Positions 1 through 7,605 of a DNA stretch of 20,000 nucleotides are shown piece by piece (the first letter of the stretch is position 1; each line of letters starts with the position of its first letter). A program made the translations under genes and the position numbers. Source of the DNA: a bacterium (GTDB lineage: Bacteria; J088; JAWLBW01). A model generated the notes under the pieces. It was not told the DNA's origin. It saw only the letters and a list, made by a program, of their open reading frames with translations, and made no database searches. The stretch lies in contig JAWLHK010000022.1 in NCBI GenBank assembly GCA_041690355.1, forward strand, positions 59,116-79,115. The letters run 5' to 3'.

Positions 1-2
1 CT

Positions 3-317
3 CTCCGCCGCTCAGGAAAGCCCTACAAGCTGACGCCGACCCGGCTTTTCCAGGGCCTCATGCTTTCGTCGGGGGCCATGACGAACCGGCTCGACCGTCT
101 CGAACAGGCGGGACTCATCCGGCGCGAACCCGACCCCTCGGACCGAAGGGGAACATTGATAGTTCTGACTCCGCAGGGACTGACATTGGTCGAAAAAGCC
201 GTCCGCGATCACACCGCGAACGAGGAGCGCCTGATCGCATCGCTCTCCGACACGGAGCGACGAAAGCTCTCGGGCCTGCTTCGCAAGCTTCTCGCGGCGC
301 TCGAAGCGCAGGCCTGA
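3..317 (+). CDS. MarR-family transcriptional regulator, 5' end outside the window
   Basis: Frame is open from position 3 (LRRSGKPYKLTPTRLFQGLMLSSGAMTNRLDRLEQAGLIRREPDPSDRRGTLIVLTPQG). Shows the MarR winged-helix signature DxRx...LTxxG; stop TGA at 315-317. Confidence 0.9.
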   Translation, partial: LRRSGKPYKLTPTRLFQGLMLSSGAMTNRLDRLEQAGLIRREPDPSDRRGTLIVLTPQGLTLVEKAVRDHTANEERLIASLSDTERRKLSGLLRKLLAALEAQA

Positions 318-336
318 GCGCCTTCGGGAAATCCGT

Positions 337-810
337 TTAGAGCGGATAGAACCCGCCGAGAATCGCCCCGTAGACCAGATGCGCCACGTAGGCCGCCAGA
401 GGGGTCTGAAAGCCGTAGTGCAGCCCGAGAAATCCCGGCGGCTCGAGCTGCCGCATTTCGGTGGGACCCGCATAGGCCCCGGCCATGCGCGGATGAATGG
501 AGGGGAGGATGGGAAGGCCGGCGACGAGCACGAAGGATGCGTGGACGAAGCCGGTCGCCATCCCGAGCAGCGGCGTTGCCGCTCCCCACGCGTGGAAAGC
601 GGCGACGTAGAGCAGCGAGAAGAACCAGCCGTTCGCCAGGTGCGCGAAAAAGCCCAGGACGAGCGCGCGGTCGCGGTCGGCCGTCAGCATCGTGCCGAGC
701 AGGTAGGGAATATTCATCCGCGTGAGGCGCAGCGACTGCGCGCCGGCGAGCAGCGTCGTGAGCACGAGGGTGCCGACGAATCCCCAGAGCAGCCAGGCGC
801 CGACATTCAT
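337..810 (-). CDS. Conserved-looking hypothetical integral membrane protein, 157 aa, about 4 TM helices
   Basis: Hydrophobic C-terminal part of ORF 337..1374, beginning MNVGAWLLWGFVGTLVLTTLLAG. The ATG at 810 overlaps the GH15 stop (ATGA, 807-810). The upstream Arg/Gly-rich extension is a shadow of the GH15 gene. Confidence 0.8.
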   Translation of the reverse strand: MNVGAWLLWGFVGTLVLTTLLAGAQSLRLTRMNIPYLLGTMLTADRDRALVLGFFAHLANGWFFSLLYVAAFHAWGAATPLLGMATGFVHASFVLVAGLPILPSIHPRMAGAYAGPTEMRQLEPPGFLGLHYGFQTPLAAYVAHLVYGAILGGFYPL

Positions 811-2603
811 GCCCGGTGCCGCCTTCGGGGGCGCCGCTCGCGTGCCCGACCGATTGCCAGCGCTGCGTTGATGAGGCCGATGTGCGAAAACGCCTGCGGA
901 AAGTTCCCCCATGCGGCGCCCGTGCGCGGATCGGCCTCCTCGGCGAGCAGCCCCACATCGTTCCGCAAGGCGAGCAGGCCCTCCATCCAGTCCGTAGCTT
1001 CCCGCTCGCGGCCCTGCATGGCAAGCACCTCCACCGCCCAGAAACTGCAGAAGAGGAATGCGCCTTCGATACCGCGAAAACGCTCTGCCCGGTAGAGGAG
1101 GGCAGGTCCCGCGTGAAGGCGCTCGCGGATGGCCGCGAAGGTGCGCGACAACAGGGGATCGTCGGGCTCGAGAACGCCGAGCGGCGCGGCCAGCAGGACC
1201 CCCGCATCGAGTTCCGCGTTGCCGTCCGCGGCCGTCAGAATGCCGCCGGCGTGTTCGGCTGCGGCTCGGATCCAGGCCGCGATTTCGCCGCGCACCCGGT
1301 GAAAATCGGCCCCGCCCGGAGGGAGAAGCCCGCGGTCGCGCAGGCGCGCCGCCCGGTCGGCGGCGACCCAGCACAGTAGTTTCGAGTGCACGTGCTGCCG
1401 CAGTTCGTTCCGGTATTCCCAGATTCCGGCGTCGGCCTCACGCCAGTGCCGGCAGGCGTAGGAAGCCAGCTCGAGAACGAGCCGGGCCGTCGCGCGATCG
1501 GCGCCCCCCTTATCCATCATCTGTTGGAATGCGGAGTCGATGACCTCTCCGTAGACATCGAGCTGGTGCTGATCTTCGGCTGCGTTGCCGATGCGCACCG
1601 GGCGGCTGTCTCCGTAGCCGTGCAGCCACCGGACCTCCTGCTCCCCGGGCGGACGTCGGCCGAAGACGTCATACAGCACGCGCAGCCGAGGGCGGCTCAA
1701 GGCTGTCGCGTGCAGGAGCCAGCTCACGAACGCCTGGGCCTCACGTGCGAATCCGAGGTCGCGCAGCGCGCGTGTCGTCTGCGAGGCGTCCCGCAACCAG
1801 CAGTACCGGTAATCCCAGTTCAGCGCGCCGCCCGGCTCTTCGGGCAGCGACGTGGTCGGCGCCGCGATCACGGCCCCCGACGGAGCGAACGAGAGCGCCT
1901 TGAGCACCAGCGCACTCCGCTCGATCGCATCACGCCACGGGCCGTCGTAGGTGCACCCGGCCATCCACTGCTTCCACCCGGCGAGCGTGCTCTCCAGCAT
2001 CCGCCACAGATGCTGTTCCGTGAAAAGAATGGCGGGCGCGTCGCGATTGGCCGCCAGGATCAGCCCGGCGGTCTCTCCGGCCCGCAAGCGGAATTCCGCC
2101 TGAAGCGTCTCGCCGAGCACGTCCGGGGCCGCACCGAAGGCCTGCAGCGAGACCTGCATGTTGCCGTGACCGCTGCGGTGGCAGTACCGGTAGCTTTTCC
2201 ACCGCAGCGCCGATTTTCCGTACGACGGCCGCAGAAGAAGGGTGGAACGCATGCGGACGTTACCGCTTTCACAGCGCAGAAGGCGGATCACCGCGTGTTC
2301 CGGAGTCAGGCCCCCGTAGCGGCCGACCGGCATGAAGTCAAATACGCGCACATGCCCCTCGGAAAGCCGCCAGTCGCTCACGAGAACGTTGCTCGCCGGT
2401 GCGTAGCCGCGTCCGCACGTGCCGGCTTCCTCCGGCGCAAGGCGCCACGAACCTCCCTTCTCCGGATCCAGTAGCCGCGCAAGCCAGGCGTCGCCGTCGA
2501 AGCGCGGCCAGCAGAGCCAGTCGATCGCACCCTGTCGCGAGACGAGCGCCGCCGTGCGCCCGTCGCCGATCAGGGCGTAGTCATGAATGGAAGGTGCGCC
2601 CAT
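807..2603 (-). CDS. Glycoside hydrolase family 15 protein (trehalase/glucoamylase-like), 598 aa
   Basis: N-terminus IHDYALIGDGRTAALVS..G.IDWLCWPRFD; GH15 motifs AAPTTSLPE..GG..NWDYRYCWLRDA, QLDVYGE, D.GIWE.R, EGAFLFCSFW and GNFPQAFSH. Confidence 0.92.
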   Translation of the reverse strand: MGAPSIHDYALIGDGRTAALVSRQGAIDWLCWPRFDGDAWLARLLDPEKGGSWRLAPEEAGTCGRGYAPASNVLVSDWRLSEGHVRVFDFMPVGRYGGLTPEHAVIRLLRCESGNVRMRSTLLLRPSYGKSALRWKSYRYCHRSGHGNMQVSLQAFGAAPDVLGETLQAEFRLRAGETAGLILAANRDAPAILFTEQHLWRMLESTLAGWKQWMAGCTYDGPWRDAIERSALVLKALSFAPSGAVIAAPTTSLPEEPGGALNWDYRYCWLRDASQTTRALRDLGFAREAQAFVSWLLHATALSRPRLRVLYDVFGRRPPGEQEVRWLHGYGDSRPVRIGNAAEDQHQLDVYGEVIDSAFQQMMDKGGADRATARLVLELASYACRHWREADAGIWEYRNELRQHVHSKLLCWVAADRAARLRDRGLLPPGGADFHRVRGEIAAWIRAAAEHAGGILTAADGNAELDAGVLLAAPLGVLEPDDPLLSRTFAAIRERLHAGPALLYRAERFRGIEGAFLFCSFWAVEVLAMQGREREATDWMEGLLALRNDVGLLAEEADPRTGAAWGNFPQAFSHIGLINAALAIGRARERRPRRRHRA

Positions 2604-2726
2604 GTTCGCCTGCGATACACGGGCAACATAGCCGTGCAGCGCAGACGACGGTACTCCGGCCGCGCTGCGGGTCGACCTGCGAGAGGTCGGCCGCCGCCAG
2701 GCATCCGGTGGGTGAGGAAAGGAGGA

Positions 2727-4028
2727 CTACCTGTGTTTCTTCGCGATCGCTTCGAGCGCATCCCCGGCGGCGTCGAGCGTCTCTTCGATGACGTTCTTCG
2801 AGTGCGCGGTCGAGAGGAATGCGGCCTCGAACTGGCTCGGCGGCAGGTAGACGCCGCGCTCGAGCATGGCCCGGTGAAACCGGCCGTAGACGCGCGGATC
2901 GATGGTGGCCACGTCGGCCGGGCTGTTCACGGGCCGGTCGGTGAAGAAGAGGGTGAACATGCTGCCGACGTGATTGGCCGTGGCCGCGAAGCCCGCCCCC
3001 TCGGCCTGCCCGACCAGGCCGGCGGCGAGCTGGGTCGTGTGGCGCTCGAGGGTGTCGAACAGGCGCCGGCTTTTCTGCAATGTCTTCAAGGTCGCGATGC
3101 CCGCCGCCATGGCGAGCGGATTTCCCGACAGCGTCCCCGCCTGGTAGACGTCGCCGCTCGGGGCAACGCGCTTCATGATGGAGCGCTTGCCACCGTAGGC
3201 GCCCACGGGCAGACCGCCGCCGATGACCTTGCCGAAGGTGGTCAGGTCGGGCTTGATCCCGTAGCGTTCCTGCGCCCCGCCGCGCGCCACGCGGAAACCG
3301 GTCATGACTTCGTCGAAGATGAGCACGACGCCGTGCTTCGTGCACAGCGCGCGCAGCAGTTCGAGAAATCCGGGGGCCGGCAGAATCACGCCCGAATTGC
3401 CGATGACCGGCTCGAGGATGATCGCCGCCAGATTGTCCCCTTCCTTGCGGAACAGGGTCTTCAGCGCATCTTCGTCGTTGAAGGGGAGGGTCAGGGTGAG
3501 GCCGGTGACATTGGCCGGAACGCCGGGGCTCGACGGAATGCCCAGCGTGAGCATGCCAGACCCCCCTTTGACGAGCAGGCTGTCGACATGGCCGTGATAG
3601 CAGCCCTCGAACTTCGCGATCAGGTCGCGGCCGGTGTGAGCGCGGGCCAGCCGCAGGGCGCTCATCGTCGCCTCGGTGCCCGAATTGACCATGCGCACCA
3701 TGTCGAGGTTCGGAAAGAAGTCGAGCACCAGCTCGGCCAGCTCGACCTCGAGCGGACTCGGCGCGCCGTAGCTCGTGCCGCGCGCGGCGCCGCGGGCGAT
3801 GGCGTCGACGACGGCCGGATGGGCATGCCCGAGAATCAGCGGACCCCACGAACAGACGTAATCGATGTAGCGGTTGCCGTCGACGTCGAAGAGATAGGCC
3901 CCCTCGGCGCGGTCGATGAAGACCGGATGTCCGCCGACCGCCTTGAAGGCGCGCACGGGGCTGTTGACGCCGCCGGGGAGCAGCTTGCGGGCACGGGAGA
4001 AAAGAGCTTCGGATTTCGTGTGCTTCAC
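2727..4028 (-). CDS. hemL: Glutamate-1-semialdehyde 2,1-aminomutase
   Basis: Motifs [60 protein letters not shown] and [13 protein letters not shown] start; 433 aa. Confidence 0.97.
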   Translation of the reverse strand: MKHTKSEALFSRARKLLPGGVNSPVRAFKAVGGHPVFIDRAEGAYLFDVDGNRYIDYVCSWGPLILGHAHPAVVDAIARGAARGTSYGAPSPLEVELAELVLDFFPNLDMVRMVNSGTEATMSALRLARAHTGRDLIAKFEGCYHGHVDSLLVKGGSGMLTLGIPSSPGVPANVTGLTLTLPFNDEDALKTLFRKEGDNLAAIILEPVIGNSGVILPAPGFLELLRALCTKHGVVLIFDEVMTGFRVARGGAQERYGIKPDLTTFGKVIGGGLPVGAYGGKRSIMKRVAPSGDVYQAGTLSGNPLAMAAGIATLKTLQKSRRLFDTLERHTTQLAAGLVGQAEGAGFAATANHVGSMFTLFFTDRPVNSPADVATIDPRVYGRFHRAMLERGVYLPPSQFEAAFLSTAHSKNVIEETLDAAGDALEAIAKKHR

Positions 4029-4058
4029 GGAGACCTCACCGGAGAAACGAACAGGATA

Positions 4059-5039
4059 TCAGTGTCCGGCCAGAATAATCGACAGAGATTCGGCGCCGAA
4101 CAACGTGGCCGCCGACTGCCCGTTCCACCGTTTGCGTCGCGGGTCGGCGCCCGAGGCGACGAGGATGGCGGCCGTGCTCTCCTGCTGCTGCAGGGCGGCC
4201 GCGATGAGCGGCGTCGTGCCGTCGAAAGCGGCCGGATCGGCGGCGGCGCCGTGGCGCAGGAGCAGCTCGGCGATCTGCGCCGCGCCGCGAAAGGAGGCGT
4301 AGTGCAGGGCGCGCCAGCCGTCCAGATCGGCGGCGTTGGGATCGGCCCCGGCTTTGAGAAGCATTTCGACCATGGCGAAGTCGCTGCGGAAGGCGGCCTT
4401 GCGCAGGGGCGTCCATCCGAACCGGTCTTCGGCCTCGGGGTTGGCCCCTCCCTCGATCAGCGCGGCTGCGGCGCGGTAGGCCCCCAGATCGACGCAGTCG
4501 AGCAGGGGCGTGGCGAGAAATCCGCCGGCCGCTGCGTCGGGGTCGGCGCCGTGGGCCAGCAGATCGGCCACGATCTCGGCCCGGTCGCCATCGGCGGCGA
4601 AATGCAGGGGGCCGAGCGCCCCTTCGCGCGGCGGGTTGGGGCTGGCTCCCGCCGCGAGCAGTCGCGCCACCGCCGCCGGATGCCCGGCCTGGGCCGCGTA
4701 GCCGAGCGCGGTGACGGGTTCGACTTCATCGTCGACGAGGTCGACCGGCGTGCCGGCCGCAAGCAGCAGCTCGATCAGGCCCCGGTCGTCCGCGGCGGCC
4801 GCGTGCAGCAGCGCGGTGACGCCGAACTTGTCGATGTCGGCGAAGGTGCGGGGGCGCAGGGGGAGCAGCTTGACCTCGCTGCCGGCGATTTCGTGCATCC
4901 AGAGCTCGACCAGCGGATCGACGGGAAACCCCGCGAGCACGCGGCCGTCGAGCCGGCCGACCCCTTCGGACATGGCCAGCCGCAGCGGATGCAGCAGCGC
5001 GATGAACAGGAGTGCGTATGCCCCCTGGCGCAAGGTCAT
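4059..5039 (-). CDS. Ankyrin repeat protein with hydrophobic N-terminal segment
   Basis: Repeated ankyrin consensus (G.TAL..AA, G.TPL..AA...LL..GADPNA.D..G), about 6-7 repeats. N-terminus MTLRQGAYALLFIALLHPL; GGAGG Shine-Dalgarno just upstream on the - strand. Confidence 0.9.
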   Translation of the reverse strand: MTLRQGAYALLFIALLHPLRLAMSEGVGRLDGRVLAGFPVDPLVELWMHEIAGSEVKLLPLRPRTFADIDKFGVTALLHAAAADDRGLIELLLAAGTPVDLVDDEVEPVTALGYAAQAGHPAAVARLLAAGASPNPPREGALGPLHFAADGDRAEIVADLLAHGADPDAAAGGFLATPLLDCVDLGAYRAAAALIEGGANPEAEDRFGWTPLRKAAFRSDFAMVEMLLKAGADPNAADLDGWRALHYASFRGAAQIAELLLRHGAAADPAAFDGTTPLIAAALQQQESTAAILVASGADPRRKRWNGQSAATLFGAESLSIILAGH

Positions 5040-5111
5040 TCGGTCCTCCTCTCCTCAGCTTACCGGAAACCCGCGCCGCGTGCCGCCCGCGGCCGGGCCG
5101 GAAGCCCCCTT

Positions 5112-5141
5112 TTGACACCCCCGCTGCGCCGCCGGTAGACT
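5112..5141 (+). promoter_or_regulatory. Putative sigma70-type promoter of the argH-lysA-dap operon
   Basis: TTGACA (5112-5117), 18-bp spacer, TAGACT (5136-5141), ending 29 bp before the argH ATG at 5171. Confidence 0.65.
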
Positions 5142-5170
5142 GGATGGTTACTCTCCGGGAGCATCCCGCC

Positions 5171-6583
5171 ATGACCCAAGGCAGTTCAAAAGCGTGGGGC
5201 GGACGATTCCGCGAAGCCACCGACAAGCTCGTCGAGGCTTTCTCGGCCAGCATCCACTACGATTCCCGTCTCTACCGCGAAGACGTCCGCGGCAGCATCG
5301 CCCATGCGCGCATGCTCGGCGCACAAGGGATCCTTTCCGCCGGGGACGTCGAGGCCATCTGCACGGGGCTGAAGGAAATCGAGGGCGAAATCGAGCGCGG
5401 CGAGCTCCCTTTCAGGCAGGAGCTCGAAGACATTCACATGCACATCGAGCGCCGGCTCATCGACAAGATCGGGCCGGCCGGCGGACGCCTGCACACCGCG
5501 CGCAGCCGCAACGACCAGGTGAACCTCGACGTCCGTCTCTACCTGCGCGAAGAGAGCCGGCGCATCCGGGCCGCCCTGGCCGACCTGATCGGCGCCTTTC
5601 TCGAGCAGGCCGCAAAGCACGTCGAAACGCCGTTTCCCGGGTACACCCATCTGCAGCGCGCCCAGCCGGTCACCTTCGCCCATCACATGCTCGCCTATGT
5701 GGAAATGTTCCGCCGCGATGCGGAGCGGTTCGAGGATGCGGCGCGGCGCATGAATCGCCTCCCCCTGGGTGTGGCCGCCATGGCCGGCACCCCGTATCCG
5801 ATCGATCGGGAACGGGTCGCGAAGGACCTCGGCTTCGACGGCGTCACGCGCAACTCCATCGATACGTCGGCCGACCGCGATTTCGCCGTCGAATTTCTCT
5901 CGGCCTGCGCGATCACGGCCATGCATCTCAGCCGCCTCAGCGAAGAACTGATTCTCTGGTCTACTTCCGAGTTCCAGTTCGTCGCGCTCGCAGACTCGTT
6001 CTGCACCGGATCGAGCATCATGCCGCAGAAGAAGAATCCCGACGTGCCCGAGCTCGTGCGCGGCAAGACCGGCCGTGTGTACGGTTCGCTCATCACGTTG
6101 CTGACGATCTGCAAAGGGCTGCCGCTGGCCTACAATCGCGATCTGCAGGAAGACAAGGAGCCGCTGTTCGACGCCATCGACACGGTGCGTGCTTCGCTCG
6201 GCGTTTCGGCCGGGGCCGTGCGCACGATGACGCTGCTCGCCGACAACGTGCAGCGCTCGCTGGCCCGCGGTCACCTGACCGCCACCGACCTGGCCGATTT
6301 TCTCGCCCTGCGCGGGGTCCCCTTCCGCGAGGCGCACGAGATCACCGGGCGCATCGTGGCCGACTGCGAAGCGCGCGGCATCGACACGACGGCCCTGACT
6401 CGCGACGACCTCGTTCCCTTTCACGCGGCGTTCGCCGAGGCGGGCGACGACGCCTTCTCCATCCGGGCCTCCATCCATGCGCGCAAGAGCGTGGGGGGAA
6501 CCGCGCCCGAACGGGTGCGCGAGGCGCTTGAAGAGGCCCGCCGGGCGCATGAGGCGCTGACGAGCGCGGTCGGCGAGGGATGA
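5171..6583 (+). CDS. argH: Argininosuccinate lyase
   Basis: Motifs WGGRF, LHTARSRNDQV, GYTHLQRAQP, GSSIMPQKKNPD and KGLPLAYNRDLQEDKE. Start reassigned to ATG 5171 (MTQGSSKAWGGRF), downstream of the promoter. Confidence 0.97.
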   Translation: MTQGSSKAWGGRFREATDKLVEAFSASIHYDSRLYREDVRGSIAHARMLGAQGILSAGDVEAICTGLKEIEGEIERGELPFRQELEDIHMHIERRLIDKIGPAGGRLHTARSRNDQVNLDVRLYLREESRRIRAALADLIGAFLEQAAKHVETPFPGYTHLQRAQPVTFAHHMLAYVEMFRRDAERFEDAARRMNRLPLGVAAMAGTPYPIDRERVAKDLGFDGVTRNSIDTSADRDFAVEFLSACAITAMHLSRLSEELILWSTSEFQFVALADSFCTGSSIMPQKKNPDVPELVRGKTGRVYGSLITLLTICKGLPLAYNRDLQEDKEPLFDAIDTVRASLGVSAGAVRTMTLLADNVQRSLARGHLTATDLADFLALRGVPFREAHEITGRIVADCEARGIDTTALTRDDLVPFHAAFAEAGDDAFSIRASIHARKSVGGTAPERVREALEEARRAHEALTSAVGEG

Positions 6584-7602
6584 TCTTTTCCCGTACCCGG
6601 CTTCTGCGCGCGCCGCTGTTCTGGCTCGGCCTGATTCTGCTCGCCTCGGCCTGCGGCAAGAAGTCTCCGCCGCTGGCCCCCGAGCGCCTGCGGCCCCGCG
6701 CGGTGACCGACCTGACGGCGCGCAACGTCGAAGACGGCATCCGCCTGCGCTGGCGGCTTCCGACCGATCGGGCGGCCGGCGGCGCGCTCGACGTCACGCC
6801 GGGGATGGTCCTTCTGCGCACCGACGGCGCGACCCAGGAGAGCTGCGAGTCGCCCGCCGCCACCTGGGAGCGGGTGCTGACCTTCGCCCCGGGCGCCGTC
6901 ACGCCGCCGACGACCTGGGTCGACACGGCCGTCGTCTCCGGGCGCTGGTACGGATACCGGGCCCATGCCGTGGGAGACGACGGTTCGCTGAGCGACGCAT
7001 CGACGCGGGCCATCGTCTTCCGCGGAGAGCCCCCGCCGCAACCTCCGGCCCCCGTGCTGCGCAGCGGCGACGGCTTTCTGGTGCTCGAGGCGCCCCCATT
7101 TCCCCCCGATGTCATCGGCTGGACCTACTACCGCTCGGCCACCGACGCGCCATTTCCGCCCATCCCCTCGTACGGCGGCGTCATCACGGGGAATGCGTGG
7201 ACCGACGGGCAGGTCGTGAACGGGCAGACGGTGCGCTATGCCATCGCCTGGATCGGCCAGACCCACGGTTTCGTGCTCGAAGGGCCCATGTCGCCGCCGG
7301 TCGAGGGGATGCCGGTCGACCTGGTGCCGCCCCCGCGCCCGGGCAGCATCGTGGCCGTGCCCCGCGACGGGGCCGTCGACATCCGCTGGCAGCGTGTCGA
7401 AGAGCCCGACGTGCGGTATCATGTATATCGGCGTCGTCTCGACCTGGAGCCGGGCTTTACGCGGATCACCGCCGGGCCCCTTCCCGATAATGTCCTGGAA
7501 GACCGTCCCCGCCGGGGACAGTACCTCTATGCGGTGACGAGCATCGATCGTTCCGGCAACGAAAGCAGCCGCAGCGAGCCGGCGTCGGTAACCGTGCGCT
7601 GA
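6580..7602 (+). CDS. Lipoprotein with fibronectin type III-like repeats
   Basis: Signal peptide with lipobox LASA-C25 followed by GKKSPPLAP. Three FN3-like units (L.W....YR...D..V..G..Y.Y...AVD..G.ES..S). ATGA overlap with argH. Confidence 0.8.
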   Translation: MIFSRTRLLRAPLFWLGLILLASACGKKSPPLAPERLRPRAVTDLTARNVEDGIRLRWRLPTDRAAGGALDVTPGMVLLRTDGATQESCESPAATWERVLTFAPGAVTPPTTWVDTAVVSGRWYGYRAHAVGDDGSLSDASTRAIVFRGEPPPQPPAPVLRSGDGFLVLEAPPFPPDVIGWTYYRSATDAPFPPIPSYGGVITGNAWTDGQVVNGQTVRYAIAWIGQTHGFVLEGPMSPPVEGMPVDLVPPPRPGSIVAVPRDGAVDIRWQRVEEPDVRYHVYRRRLDLEPGFTRITAGPLPDNVLEDRPRRGQYLYAVTSIDRSGNESSRSEPASVTVR

Positions 7603-7605
7603 ACC

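Noticed and set aside
2583-5138. 851-aa ORF on the + strand, with a GGAGG-like run near 2721-2725
   Set aside because: Antisense shadow of hemL and the ankyrin gene; Arg/Gly-rich with no domain signature.
5012-5170. Longer argH start from the ORF track
   Set aside because: It overlaps the ankyrin start and the putative promoter; ArgH homology begins at about 5171.
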